From the NCBI GenBank assembly GCA_045863335.1, contig BTVY01000004.1, forward strand, positions 1-64,000: a DNA stretch of 64,000 nucleotides. The letters are read 5' to 3'. This DNA is from Candidatus Hydrogenedentota bacterium (GTDB lineage: Bacteria; Hydrogenedentota; Hydrogenedentia; Hydrogenedentales; SLHB01). A model generated the notes under the pieces. It saw only the letters and a program-made list of their open reading frames with translations. It was not told the origin of the DNA and made no database searches. Shown here one piece after another: positions 50,195 through 61,278 of this stretch (position 1 is its first letter; every line of letters begins with the position of its first letter). Made by a program: the position numbers and the translations under genes.

Positions 50195-50623
50195 GTATAG
50201 GGCCCCTCCGACGCTAACGCCATAATACGATCTGCAAGTCCCACAGCAACTCTACAACCCCCTCCATGCGAGATTTCGACAAGTGTAACAGGATGTTGCG
50301 CTTGTAATGTAAATCTTTTTTACACTTTCCTGGATAATGCGACCCTTTGTCTCGCTTAAGAAGATCGTCTTGCCTACCTTTTCGCCAATGACTTAGCAAA
50401 ATGCGAGCTTGCGAGACAGTTTCTGGTGTGGATCTTGCGTGTACACCCATAGTCGACAAAACAATTTCATGCGGGTACCGCGCGGCGATTGGATACAACC
50501 GAGAAAATGAGATCGATTACTGTGACAGGATTTTACTCTTGGCCGTCTTCCGCCAGTTCGTTGTCACGCGGAACTCTTAGCGTTGCGGAGGCGCGCGCAA
50601 GTTCTTGTCAGTACGGGGATTAT

Positions 50624-51037
50624 ATGTATGACCTAGATTCAATTCCTACGGAAGCCCAGATCAGGAAGTTCATCCGCCGCGGGCTCTTCGGAAAGAATGT
50701 CTATTGCCCGCAATGCAGGAATAGACGGGTCCATAAAGATGGCGCGCGGTATTGGTGCGCCAAATGTCGACGAAGGTTCTCGCTTCTTTCCCACACTTGG
50801 CTCCGCGACCTCAAAATTACGCTGCAAAAATGGTGGCTAATTCTGTGGTGTTGGAGTTCCCGCATGTCGCTCAAGCAAGCGGCCGACATCACTGGTCTGT
50901 CCGAAGCAACGGTTCGGCGCTGGTACACTCGGTTCCAGCAAAAAGCACCGAGGGATCCCAGCATACTCGCAAGTGCCCTCTCGCTGGACCAAGAATGTGA
51001 AGTGAGATGGTTGCTCGGTCCAGAAGAGAAGGTTTAG
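50624..51037 (+). pseudogene. IS1595-like transposase N-terminal fragment
   Basis: CPQC...YWCAKCRRRFSL Zn ribbon plus HTH; no DDE domain. Confidence 0.7.
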
Positions 51038-51257
51038 TCCAAGTAGTACGCTCGCTAGTGCAAAATTTCCCTGATAACAAAACGCAAAATTCCGCGACAA
51101 ACGTAAGAAAAATCACCGATCTATGCGCCAATTGGATAAGGGTTTGGGTAGTACTGGCGTCCCCCATGGCAAGCCCATTGACATTTCGAACGAAGTGTAG
51201 TACAGTCATATTTGGAACCCAGTCAAAAAAGGTAGCGAGAAATTGGAGGGTACACAA

Positions 51258-51368
51258 ATGTCCGGGAGCAGGAAAAATGTCTACGAGCCACCGAAAATCG
51301 AAACTTATGAGGAAAGTGACTTCGTTGCGGAGGCGGCTCTTGCTGACATAAGTTGCGACCAGCTGTAA
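51258..51368 (+). CDS. Putative RiPP-like precursor peptide MSGSRKNVYEPPKIETYEESDFVAEAALADISCDQL (not in ORF track)
   Basis: RBS ggagg at 51245; YxxP leader motif; directly upstream of the kinase gene. Confidence 0.7.
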   Translation: MSGSRKNVYEPPKIETYEESDFVAEAALADISCDQL

Positions 51369-52351
51369 AGGTGTTAGTGCCTTCGGTTGCGAATGAACTC
51401 TTCATAAGTGTCTTGGGTATAACGATTCTAATCAAGGGCACTAGGGGGAGTCCAGAGTTGAAACGCCTGCGGGAGCATTTTGCTCCCTATATTGAAGAGA
51501 AGGTCCCTGAGATAATTCACGCCAGCATCGGCGTCGAGCGAAACGGCGTAGATTCGGTGATCTCCTATGGTGATCGAGAGGCACATATAGAATTTCGTTC
51601 GCAGTGGCCGAATATTGAGCATTTTGTCCAAATGGTTTTAATTCAGCTTCGTCCGAAGTATTTCTTCCTTCATGCTGCGAGCATTTCTCAAGGCGACGAA
51701 TGTGTGCTGCTAATTGGCAGTACAGGCGCCGGGAAGTCAACGCTGGCAAGAACTCTCACTTCCTGGGGATTTACGATAGAATGCGAGGACGTAACGCCAA
51801 TAGACGTGAGAACTCAATCGGCCCATCGGTATCGTCCACAAATATGTTCCCAGAATGAAGATGCAACCCGACGTTCTGAGTCTTTCTGTGTGGACGCCGG
51901 TGGGTATGAATCACACCAGAAGCCGATCTCCCTGCTAATCTATTTGGGGAATTTGGACGATCTTTCTGTCATGGGACGCGAATTAACATTACGGACTCTG
52001 GAATCCAAATCAATTGGCGAACAATTTCGTGCGTGGCGAGTTCTCTGTCGACTTTGTCTTGGCGATGAGAATGCCGAACGAAATCCGTCAAGTACAGGTC
52101 CAGTTTTGATACCACGATTCTCGTTTAATGAGGCCCTGACAATGCGGAAGCTGACTCCGTCCACTGCGGTAAGAGTATTCTCAAAACACTTGCTTTATCC
52201 CGCACCTGACATTGGAGAAGTGATTCGCCAGTTCAGCCCAGTACTCGCTCGCTTGCCAATGTTTAACATAATTCACGGAAGCCCTGCGCAGCGGGCAGAG
52301 AGTGTAATTAAGTTATTCAATGAGCGGGCGAAATCCGCTTCCCTTGCCTAG
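51353..52351 (+). CDS. HPr-kinase-related P-loop kinase
   Basis: FLHAAS.......LL.G.TGAGKSTL....L...GF....ED. Confidence 0.8.
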   Translation: MRPAVKVLVPSVANELFISVLGITILIKGTRGSPELKRLREHFAPYIEEKVPEIIHASIGVERNGVDSVISYGDREAHIEFRSQWPNIEHFVQMVLIQLRPKYFFLHAASISQGDECVLLIGSTGAGKSTLARTLTSWGFTIECEDVTPIDVRTQSAHRYRPQICSQNEDATRRSESFCVDAGGYESHQKPISLLIYLGNLDDLSVMGRELTLRTLESKSIGEQFRAWRVLCRLCLGDENAERNPSSTGPVLIPRFSFNEALTMRKLTPSTAVRVFSKHLLYPAPDIGEVIRQFSPVLARLPMFNIIHGSPAQRAESVIKLFNERAKSASLA

Positions 52352-52418
52352 AGAAAGCGAATACGTTGTGACGGGGTGTCGGGGTGGGCGTAGATTAATA
52401 ACACTTGGGGAGAGAACG

Positions 52419-53585
52419 ATGAGAGACCTGGTGCAGAATCTTTGTTCGGCCTCTTTGGCATTTATTCTCATATCGACCATTTGCCTAGCTCAAGCTCCCA
52501 CGGACCGCCTTGTAGAGACAGGTTGTCTCAGTGGAACCGTTCCTGCTAACTACCCCGCGAAATCACAGTCCGAAACCAACAATAATAAGCCAATCCTCAT
52601 TGAAGGTTTAATCAATGGCGAGATATTCGTGTGTGCAGGGAAGATTTTTGAAGTGACCGCAAGCGGTGGTAGCGATTGTGATCTGAAACAGGGCAGCGGG
52701 TGTTCTGGCTGTTCCGGCATGCGGTGCGCTGAGAAATGGGACAATTTCAACGCCAACTACGGTTGGAGCGGCAGTGGTCTCGTTGACCAAGCGTACGGTG
52801 TTTGGGAATCAAAACACTTAGTTGAGGCTCCCGTGGATTGGGGGGCAAGCACAACGATCACGGTAACGCGAGAAGAATGTACTATCAAATCCGGCGAGAC
52901 TGCTGCAAACAAGACTTGTACTCTAAAGATAACTGCTACTGAGCCTTCGCGCAATTCATTGACGGTCTGTGCGCATACATCCTTGGGTTACAGTATGAGC
53001 ACGGCACAGCAGCTGATGGATGATGCAGCTAAAGAAGTCTATTTGCTCGACGAAGATAGCAATTCCGGTACTGAGGATATTCACTGTTGTACTGGCTTCA
53101 CGGCGAGTGGAAGCCTTGTAACATTTACTGACAATAATGTGTCTTCGGCCGACACCGTGGAAGATGGAACGTTTGACGGAATCTCGGATGAAGATACATA
53201 TAGAGATATGGTTGAAGACCAAGACGCGAATGGTGACTGGTATGGTATAACCTGGAATAATGAGAGTAAGTACATGAAGATAGTTGTTGTGGACGAGATC
53301 CTGTGGACTCGAACCTTGGGGAATATCCCGCAGAATAATCGTCCTGGTTTCTATTTGCCGGCGAGACACAAACTCTACTACGCGGTCAACGCCAACGCGA
53401 AGGTGTGGGCCCATGAATATGGGCACTACGCGGGACTCGCAGATTTGTACGACGCGCAAGGTCCGCTGCAGGGTTATGAAAATAACTTTATGGCGACACT
53501 CACTGCTGGCGGAGTGACCACAGTGAATGACCCAGATTTGGGTGCCGGTACAAACCAGTGTACAAAATTGACGAACGCAAATTAG
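52419..53585 (+). CDS. Secreted Cys-rich protein with C-terminal zincin motif (variant 1)
   Basis: Signal peptide; WAHEYGHYAGLADLY...NNFM. Confidence 0.8.
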   Translation: MRDLVQNLCSASLAFILISTICLAQAPTDRLVETGCLSGTVPANYPAKSQSETNNNKPILIEGLINGEIFVCAGKIFEVTASGGSDCDLKQGSGCSGCSGMRCAEKWDNFNANYGWSGSGLVDQAYGVWESKHLVEAPVDWGASTTITVTREECTIKSGETAANKTCTLKITATEPSRNSLTVCAHTSLGYSMSTAQQLMDDAAKEVYLLDEDSNSGTEDIHCCTGFTASGSLVTFTDNNVSSADTVEDGTFDGISDEDTYRDMVEDQDANGDWYGITWNNESKYMKIVVVDEILWTRTLGNIPQNNRPGFYLPARHKLYYAVNANAKVWAHEYGHYAGLADLYDAQGPLQGYENNFMATLTAGGVTTVNDPDLGAGTNQCTKLTNAN

Positions 53586-53770
53586 AATTCCTGCGGAATT
53601 AGATCACCGTCGCGCAGTCGTGATGTCTGTTGAGTGGAGTCGGTAGCGGGCATATATTCGTTTGCATATGAGAGTTGAAACCAGACGAGCCTGTACGCCT
53701 ACGAAGTTCGGTACATGGCAGGAGCTTCGTAAACGGCTATAGGCAACTCCTAGTGTGGAGGGCATGTAAA

Positions 53771-54619
53771 ATGAAATTCATTACAAGAATATCTGTTTGT
53801 ATGACTGTATTGCCGTTCGCGGTCGGTTTTTCCCATGCCCAGCCAGTGGATACTAATAGTAGTAGTGAGCACTTAGCCCTCACCCAACAGGAGAGGGATG
53901 AAGTTCGCAGTAGCCTCGACCGGGTTACGGCAGAGGTATTCGCGGATGCAATCGCCAAGGATTATGAGTCCAAGAATTTAAACATATCTCCATTCCTGGA
54001 AACCATAGTTCTTGACGAGAGCGAGAGTGTATCGACTAGAACTCAGGCAATATTCTTGCTCGGACAATTGGAAGAGAATAGCTCTACGGACGTATTTATA
54101 GACATTATCGATTCACGACTGAAGCAAGAAATGATGAAGGATGACATCGAGTTGATTAGGTGTTCAATGATTGCACTCGGCTGGCAAGGAGACAAGCGTG
54201 CATTAGAGCTTCTCTTTAAGTTGGCTTCAAAGGAGTTTTGGGCTCAGGTTACGCCCGATGGTATCGCATGCGCCGATTGCGACACTATTCAGGAGGGTAA
54301 TGTGATCACCTATTTACGCAAACAGGCCCTGTCGGCTCTTGCAGGATCGGGGACTGATGAAGCGATAAAGGCATTCGCGACGGGCGAGGGGTTACCGGCG
54401 GACCTAAGCAGAAGCTTTCCCCATCGTCTAGACATTGCTGTTTACCGTAAGTGCGACATAATCGCCATACCGGACAAGCTTTCGAAGCTCGATCAGGATG
54501 AGCGTTCCCAATATTGGGATACCTGGTCATGGATTCAGAAAGAATTCGGATCGCGCGAAGAAATTTATCAGAGGTTTAGGAACGAATCCGGTCAAGCCCC
54601 GTCGGAGCCGGAAGGCTAG
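53771..54619 (+). CDS. Secreted HEAT-like partner of variant 1
   Basis: Signal peptide; paralog of 4750-5589. Confidence 0.85.
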   Translation: MKFITRISVCMTVLPFAVGFSHAQPVDTNSSSEHLALTQQERDEVRSSLDRVTAEVFADAIAKDYESKNLNISPFLETIVLDESESVSTRTQAIFLLGQLEENSSTDVFIDIIDSRLKQEMMKDDIELIRCSMIALGWQGDKRALELLFKLASKEFWAQVTPDGIACADCDTIQEGNVITYLRKQALSALAGSGTDEAIKAFATGEGLPADLSRSFPHRLDIAVYRKCDIIAIPDKLSKLDQDERSQYWDTWSWIQKEFGSREEIYQRFRNESGQAPSEPEG

Positions 54620-54723
54620 AAGACTCACGAACGAAGACCCAGAGTTCCTTGCCTAGAGAAAGCGAATACGTTGTGACGGGGTGTCGGGGTGGGCGTAGAT
54701 TAATAACACTTGGGGAGAGAACG

Positions 54724-55848
54724 ATGAGAGACCTGGTGCAGAATCTTTGTTCGGCCTCTTTGGCATTTATTCTCATATCGACCATTTGCCTAGCTCAAGC
54801 TCCCACGGACCGCCTTGTAGAGACAGGTTGTCTCAGTGGAACCGTTCCTGCTAACTACCCCGCGAAATCACAGTCCGAAACCAACAATAATAAGCCAATC
54901 CTCATTGAAGGTTTAATCAATGGCGAGATATTCGTGTGTGCAGGGAAGATTTTTGAAGTGACCGCAAGCGGTGGTAGCGATTGTGATCTGAAACAGGGCA
55001 GCGGGTGTTCTGGCTGTTCCGGCATGCGGTGCGCTGAGAAATGGGACAATTTCAACGCCAACTACGGTTGGAGCGGCAGTGGTCTCGTTGACCAAGCGTA
55101 CGGTGTTTGGGAATCAAAACACTTAGTTGAGGCTCCCGTGGATTGGGGGGCAAGCACAACGATCACGGTAACGCGAGAAGAATGTACTATCAAATCCGGC
55201 GAGACTGCTGCAAACAAGACTTGTACTCTAAAGATAACTGCTACTGAGCCTTCGCGAGACGCGATCACAGTTTCGAAGCACACGTCAGGAAGCATTAACC
55301 CGAATATACAAATCTTAACGGCGCAACAAACCAAAGAAGTATTGCTGAAGGACGACGACACTCTAGCGCTTACGGCGGACAACCACTGCTGCAAAGGCTT
55401 CAAGCATTCGGCAACTTACATCTTTGATGACAGCGACGTACACTCTTCCCTGACAGGTTTTACTTCAATCGATACTCAGGCTAAGCACAATGCAATTAAA
55501 GGATCGTGGGCCGACGGTAGCAAGAAGAAACGATACATAATGGTGGATAGTTACACGTTTGACTACAATAATAATGTGCCTACGCAGACGCAGCAGCGCA
55601 GCTATACAACTGCGAATCATGTATACATGAACATGGCTAACGCTACTGATTGGACATGGATTCACGAATGGGGACACGAGGCTGGCGATTTGGCGGACCT
55701 CTACTGCAGAACGCCTGGCTCATCAGCGTGGTGCCAGAATGAGGGCGACCCAAACCCTGCCTATCCCAACAACTGGATGAACATTCACAACGGGAAATTT
55801 GTGGGCACCGTCTCGCCAGACGGCGATCAATGTGCCGAGCTCCCGTAG
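54724..55848 (+). CDS. Secreted Cys-rich protein with C-terminal zincin motif (variant 2)
   Basis: Same N-terminus as variant 1; WIHEWGHEAGDLADLY...NNWM. Confidence 0.8.
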   Translation: MRDLVQNLCSASLAFILISTICLAQAPTDRLVETGCLSGTVPANYPAKSQSETNNNKPILIEGLINGEIFVCAGKIFEVTASGGSDCDLKQGSGCSGCSGMRCAEKWDNFNANYGWSGSGLVDQAYGVWESKHLVEAPVDWGASTTITVTREECTIKSGETAANKTCTLKITATEPSRDAITVSKHTSGSINPNIQILTAQQTKEVLLKDDDTLALTADNHCCKGFKHSATYIFDDSDVHSSLTGFTSIDTQAKHNAIKGSWADGSKKKRYIMVDSYTFDYNNNVPTQTQQRSYTTANHVYMNMANATDWTWIHEWGHEAGDLADLYCRTPGSSAWCQNEGDPNPAYPNNWMNIHNGKFVGTVSPDGDQCAELP

Positions 55849-55939
55849 TTGCGGCTTAAGTAAAAGGCCAGCAAGCAGGTCTTGTCTGGCTCCTTTCACC
55901 AGAAGTAGCCAGTAGACTCACAAAAGAGGAGGCGTCCCA

Positions 55940-56734
55940 ATGTTAACGATAAGGCCGCAGCATTTTCAGTTACTCCTCATTACTTATTTCGGCGTATTCG
56001 CCGTTGTACATGCTCAGTCGGCGGCACCTGAAGGGGGAGCCAATAACGAAGTCGTCGATTTGATAGTAGGTAACGAATTGACAGTCAAGGGAAAGGCAAA
56101 GATTGACTCGATTCTTGAGAATAGGCTTGTAAATTTTGACGATCAAATGATGGTGAATCTTGTAGAAATGTATCCAGAAACCGCTGTGGCGGAATATCTA
56201 ATCGAAGTGGCAGATGATAGTAATCGGCACGCGGTCACGCGCCAGCGCGCCATGGCATGGCTCGCCTACACGAAAGATGATCGAGCTGAAGACTTCCTGC
56301 GGAGCTATGTTGAACGACTCACCAACCTAGAGAAGAAGGATTTAGACTTCGTGGAGTTTAATCTGCTCCACGCAGCGATAATGTCGCAGGGATCAATTGG
56401 GAGCAATTCTTCGATTGACTATCTTTTACAAATATCCAGCAAGGACTTTTGGGAAAGGAAAACTATAAGCTGCAATTGGCTAAATATGGACGCGGAAGGT
56501 ATAGAAACTCATATGCGAAAGGCTGCGCTTTGGGGTATAGTCAGATCCGAAACAAGCCGCGCAGTTGCACTATTCCCAAGCGATTCCAATCCAATGCCAG
56601 GCCTGCTCAGCGAAGAGGAAGCCGCCAGTTTAGCCCGTACCGCGAGGTTACGTGCGCAGAAAGTATACGTCGATCCGGAAGCTCAAAGAGAGGCATCTCA
56701 ACAGTCAGAACCCTCGAACATCCAAGGAGAATAG
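55940..56734 (+). CDS. Secreted HEAT-like partner of variant 2
   Basis: RBS ggagg; signal peptide; paralog of 5688-6467. Confidence 0.85.
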   Translation: MLTIRPQHFQLLLITYFGVFAVVHAQSAAPEGGANNEVVDLIVGNELTVKGKAKIDSILENRLVNFDDQMMVNLVEMYPETAVAEYLIEVADDSNRHAVTRQRAMAWLAYTKDDRAEDFLRSYVERLTNLEKKDLDFVEFNLLHAAIMSQGSIGSNSSIDYLLQISSKDFWERKTISCNWLNMDAEGIETHMRKAALWGIVRSETSRAVALFPSDSNPMPGLLSEEEAASLARTARLRAQKVYVDPEAQREASQQSEPSNIQGE

Positions 56735-56737
56735 TTC

Positions 56738-58447
56738 GTGGTACGAATAGGAACGGCGGTGGGTTATATTACCACCTGCGCAGGGTGGTTACGGGCGCCG
56801 TCGATACTAGGCATGGCTCCACTGGTTGTGATGGGCTGTTATAGATCTGACGTTTACCATCAGGAGCAGAGTCACCGTATCGAAATTGAGAAAGCGGAGG
56901 GAGAGTCGCAGACTATAGTTGGACATGAAGACTTCCTTAGTTCCCGCGAAGCAAGGACTGTAGTAGAGTGCATCCGAAACGGCAACGCTCCCCAATCAAA
57001 TTGTTACGCACAACTGGAGCGTCGTGGCGTCAGAACCGAGTCGATTCTAGCGATTCTAGAGCAGCTTGAAGTCGAGGATTTTGAGAAACATGCAAGCAGT
57101 CTCGAAGCGTTACTCGCACTAATCGAGCAATCAGAAGACAGCGTTTCGATCAGTTTAAGCGCACTTGAAGCGTTGTCAGTACGGGACATAGAAATATACG
57201 AGTGTTGGGTTGAGCTTTGCGAAAACTCGGGGAATATCGAAACGAAATTCGCGGCTCTGTACCAGAAGTATGTATATCACCAACTTCGCGAGCAACAAAG
57301 TGAAGTAGCCCGCAGCGCATTAGATTTATGGATATTTTGTCCCAAGTTAGTGCAAGAAAAGAACTTAGGCCTTCGACTTCAGGGGTCCCTTGAAAGCGCG
57401 GGGTACATTCTTGAATCCGATCTTCTGGGTCGAGAATTGGACCCCCAAGCAGTTGCCACGTACATAAAGACTGAATTGTGGCGAAAGAAAGTGCCAGGAA
57501 AGACATCCGGTAGTTACGAAGGTGATGCTATTGGCTTTTCGACACGTTTACCACAATTCTCCTTCCTAGACAGTGCGTTACACGCGGATTTCTGGCCAGT
57601 TATGAATTCGGTCTGTGAGGCGTCCAGGGCGGGAGATTGGCAATTAGTGCTGGAAGGTATAGCGACATGCAATTCGGTCTTGCGGCATCATCTCGTTGAA
57701 GGCCAAATGTCGATACATGACTTGCGCGTCGTGCGTGCAGCGGCGCTAGTTATCTACGCCGCAATGGATAAACTAGTTCTTGCGCATGAGCTAGGCCAAT
57801 CGCATAATATCACTCCGTTCGCGCTTGCATTGGAAAAGAGTTTGTGCACGCAACTAATCTGCGAACTTGCGATCCGCGAGTCCGAACTTAATCTCGCTGC
57901 CAACAGGGGACAAGCCTTAGGAAGCATCGAATGGTTGTTGGATTTTGCCAGAACTGAAGAATTACCCGCGATAACTCTAGAAGCGTATGGATTTGTTGTC
58001 GAGAAATTCCCAGGTACAGAGAATGCACTGGATGCGCAGTGCCTTCGGGGGGAATTGCTAGAGAAGGAATTCGGAAACCACCGCTCAGCAGTTAAAGATT
58101 ATTGGGCAGTTTTAGAGAGGGATTTATCGCCAGACAAGCGAGAGTATATAACTTTCCGACTCGCAAAGGCATTATTGCTCGGGATTAGGGATCCTCTGGC
58201 AGCTCAGGAGGTCCTCGTAAATTATCTGGAGGATCACCCTAACGGCGCCCATGCTGTGGGTTTGATGTACTTGCTGGCTTTGGCAGAATACGAGACGGGT
58301 TTGGAACCGGATGCGATCGAACGGATGCGGCGAATCGCAACGGGGCCGGATGGGCAGGACGAGAACGTAAGAAGTGCGGCCGAGAACTGGATCTCTCGAC
58401 TAAATGGAGAAAGCGGTGTGTCGCTACATGATACGCAGGCCAATTAG
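56738..58447 (+). CDS. TPR-containing putative lipoprotein
   Basis: VVMGC lipobox-like motif; C-terminal TPR-type repeats (VVEKFPGT, YLEDHPNG). Confidence 0.7.
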   Translation: MVRIGTAVGYITTCAGWLRAPSILGMAPLVVMGCYRSDVYHQEQSHRIEIEKAEGESQTIVGHEDFLSSREARTVVECIRNGNAPQSNCYAQLERRGVRTESILAILEQLEVEDFEKHASSLEALLALIEQSEDSVSISLSALEALSVRDIEIYECWVELCENSGNIETKFAALYQKYVYHQLREQQSEVARSALDLWIFCPKLVQEKNLGLRLQGSLESAGYILESDLLGRELDPQAVATYIKTELWRKKVPGKTSGSYEGDAIGFSTRLPQFSFLDSALHADFWPVMNSVCEASRAGDWQLVLEGIATCNSVLRHHLVEGQMSIHDLRVVRAAALVIYAAMDKLVLAHELGQSHNITPFALALEKSLCTQLICELAIRESELNLAANRGQALGSIEWLLDFARTEELPAITLEAYGFVVEKFPGTENALDAQCLRGELLEKEFGNHRSAVKDYWAVLERDLSPDKREYITFRLAKALLLGIRDPLAAQEVLVNYLEDHPNGAHAVGLMYLLALAEYETGLEPDAIERMRRIATGPDGQDENVRSAAENWISRLNGESGVSLHDTQAN

Positions 58448-58620
58448 ATCGCATATCATGTATCTGCTTTCACAAACGTGCACCGGCAGGATGTGACTCA
58501 CTAAACGTGAAATCGTAATCAGGTTGTAACACATAACAGGAACCGAAGCTCGGTCGGCGAGTGTATCGGACTTTGACTGAAAAGCGGCAGGAAGAGCGTT
58601 TACTGCCAGTATGGTAGGGA

Positions 58621-60003
58621 GTGTTAACTGTGCAAAAAAGGAATAAGGGCTGGCCTACAAGGATGGTGTTGGGGTTCTCCACGGCGATGCCAAATAGAGT
58701 ATTGGGGCACGGGCGGCTTAAGACCTGGACAAGATCCATCCTGCTGGCTGTTCACTCAGTAGCTCTTATGTCGAGAGTTTGGGCTGCTGATCCTGTCGCA
58801 ATCGAAGTTGGCACATGGAGCGCTGAATACGGCCGGGAATGGTTGACTACCGAGTTGACGGCTTTCCAGGAAGCGTATTCAGATGTTTCGGTATCGACTG
58901 TCTCACTTTTTGACCCCTCTCGATACAAAAATCCCGTTGAGAAATTTCCTCGGCTAGCTGAGAATGTAATCGCAATAGACAGTGAGTCTGGCTACGAAAC
59001 GGTGTATTTCGTGGAACGTGACATGCTAGTTCCAATTGAAGATTTCTTGCCTGACCCCGACTTCGACTTTGATAGCTTTTACCCGAAGGTATTCGACAGC
59101 GTCCGATATCAGGGAAAGACTTGGGGTGTTCCTTGGACGTACTGGACCGCGTTCTTGGTTATAGACGAGCAGTTGTTCAATGAATCCAAGATTCCTTTGC
59201 CTCAATCTTGGAAGGACGTACACGAAGCTGCACGGAAGCTAACTAAGGATCGTGATGGCGACGGACAAGTGGATCAATGGGGAATGAGGCTAACTTTCTT
59301 TGACGAAAGTACGCCGTACGCCGCGGTAAGCAAAGTTTTGCAAGATGGTGGACATGTAATGAAGAACGGAATGTTCGACATTAACCATCCTGCATTTATT
59401 GACGCCTTCGAGTTCTTTGGGGAACTCGCAAATGACAGATCAGCCTCAAAACTCGATGCAAGGCAGCCCGAAGAGTTCTTGCAGGACCAGGACGTACGAT
59501 ACGCAATGTTCATTATACCTAGCTTCGATTTGCCACAAATAGAGAATCGGACTGACTTGCGAGTTATGCCGCTGCCGACCGATAAGGAGAAGGTGTGCAT
59601 CGCGGAGTGCAGACGATATTTTGCAATAAGAAAATCTACTCCACAGCAAGAAATGGCTTCTTGGAAGTTTGTTAAGTGGATGACACGAGAAGGGATATCC
59701 CTGCCTACGAATTGGGACGTGTTTCCTTGCAGAAGTAACATTACAGGACGCGAGGATTTTCGGCTCCAATCGAAGAGCAAAATCCAGGGATTGGCAGAAG
59801 CGCTTACTACAAACTCAATTGCAGTTGACCCCGGAGATCCGGTGTACGGCAGGAGGGATGCCTTAATATACATAGTTTCGGGGTTGGCGGGTCCAATGGT
59901 TGAGGGTCAGCCGTTGTCCCCTATTGTTGAGAAAATTGAGATCCAAGCAAATACCATGATACGGCAGATTCTACCTGATATCGCCAGAGATAGTCCGCGG
60001 TAA
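58621..60003 (+). CDS. Extracellular solute-binding protein (sugar ABC type), no permease adjacent
   Basis: YQGKTWGVPW, PQSW.DV..AA.KLT.D.DGDG.VDQWG, ASWKFVKWM. Confidence 0.85.
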   Translation: MLTVQKRNKGWPTRMVLGFSTAMPNRVLGHGRLKTWTRSILLAVHSVALMSRVWAADPVAIEVGTWSAEYGREWLTTELTAFQEAYSDVSVSTVSLFDPSRYKNPVEKFPRLAENVIAIDSESGYETVYFVERDMLVPIEDFLPDPDFDFDSFYPKVFDSVRYQGKTWGVPWTYWTAFLVIDEQLFNESKIPLPQSWKDVHEAARKLTKDRDGDGQVDQWGMRLTFFDESTPYAAVSKVLQDGGHVMKNGMFDINHPAFIDAFEFFGELANDRSASKLDARQPEEFLQDQDVRYAMFIIPSFDLPQIENRTDLRVMPLPTDKEKVCIAECRRYFAIRKSTPQQEMASWKFVKWMTREGISLPTNWDVFPCRSNITGREDFRLQSKSKIQGLAEALTTNSIAVDPGDPVYGRRDALIYIVSGLAGPMVEGQPLSPIVEKIEIQANTMIRQILPDIARDSPR

Positions 60004-60151
60004 GCTTTTGGCCATATGATGGGTCGAAGATTATAGTCCGTGATCGCACGCGACTTACCAAGTTCCTGAGTATAAAACGGGTAACCTCCGATTTGGAGCG
60101 TTTGAACAACAGAAAAGATCTGAAACTATGCACAGGAAAATAAGGTAGAAA

Positions 60152-61195
60152 ATGATGGCCGTAGCGGTGTTTCTCCTAAGTGGACTTGTAAGTCAGTACA
60201 ACCACCCACAAGATTTGTTGAAGGAATTGCAGAGACAATACGTATTACCAGGGGGGCTTGTTGAAGCACTTGGTGAGGGGTCCCTGGACCAAGTTGAACA
60301 AGAATATATTGATCAGTACTCTCAGGCTATTAGCGAGGGAGACGGCGTTGCGGTTCTGGCTTCGTTGAATTCAATTCTTAGCCGAGGGAGTATGACTGAG
60401 GAGCTACGTTCATACTTGCAGCTCGAGAAAGCGGTATGGGAGCTTGGTGTCGAGCAGTATGGCGAGGCTATTGAGACTATGTCTAGTTTGCGGAGTATGT
60501 TGCCGAATGAAGGAATGGAACAGTGCCTTCTAGATTTAGCCGAATTAAAGACTCTCTCATCAGCATACGAGTTAATGGATGTTCCTTTTCAATCTGTCTT
60601 AACCAAATATGAAGAAGCGTTTATAACCCATGACCCTTTCAACGTTTATATGGCCAACGCCTATTATGATTGCGCGAGACTAGCATACAACGGCGGAACG
60701 AAAAATCAGGACACTACATTACTAAACCTGGCCCAACAACGACTTTCGGAATGTGAAGGAATTATCGTCGCAATCGGCACAGATAATGATGAATTGATGA
60801 GAAAGGAGTACGCGAGCCTGGTAGCTCTGGGCCGTAACATAAAGACAATGTCGGCAAAATTGGATCTCGCGGTGCGGAGAGCCGAGGAAGGGAAGATATC
60901 CAGAGTTTCAACCTCTGATTACGCCAAAGGAATTGAGATTCCGAAACCCGAGTTTTCCCAGTTCCGAGGGAGTTCCGAGTCGATAACACCTAGCGAAGCG
61001 GAGTACTCTGCGTCTGTGAAGAACTCGGAAGTTTCCAATATCGCGGTGATCGAGCAACCGTCCGACGAGGCCAGAGAGTCATCGCGTAGGAGTGAGACAC
61101 ATTCGGGTCATTTGTATCTCATTGGAGCGTTTTCGTGCGGGCTACTGGCTGTAGTTGTCTATCGATGGAAGTTTTCGCGAGCAGCCGGAAAATAA
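60152..61195 (+). CDS. Exported helical protein with C-terminal membrane anchor
   Basis: Hydrophobic N-terminus; C-terminal TM plus basic tail (LLAVVVYRWKFSRAAGK). Confidence 0.7.
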   Translation: MMAVAVFLLSGLVSQYNHPQDLLKELQRQYVLPGGLVEALGEGSLDQVEQEYIDQYSQAISEGDGVAVLASLNSILSRGSMTEELRSYLQLEKAVWELGVEQYGEAIETMSSLRSMLPNEGMEQCLLDLAELKTLSSAYELMDVPFQSVLTKYEEAFITHDPFNVYMANAYYDCARLAYNGGTKNQDTTLLNLAQQRLSECEGIIVAIGTDNDELMRKEYASLVALGRNIKTMSAKLDLAVRRAEEGKISRVSTSDYAKGIEIPKPEFSQFRGSSESITPSEAEYSASVKNSEVSNIAVIEQPSDEARESSRRSETHSGHLYLIGAFSCGLLAVVVYRWKFSRAAGK

Positions 61196-61278
61196 CAAAT
61201 AACAAACAACGAGCCCCAGGCGAATGAAATTAATGTGAATTTTTCCTGAACCATGCGAGGGTGTCGCTTTAGCCAGTA

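Larger units (their letters stand above)
52342..55256 (+). repeat. 610-bp direct repeat (52342-52951 = 54647-55256)
   Basis: No mismatch seen by eye; offset 2305 at both ends; covers the RBS and N-terminal half of both peptidase genes. Confidence 0.92.

Noticed and set aside
52342-55256. Diversity-generating retroelement template/variable repeat
   Set aside because: The copies look identical rather than A-mutated, cover N-termini, and no reverse transcriptase is present.
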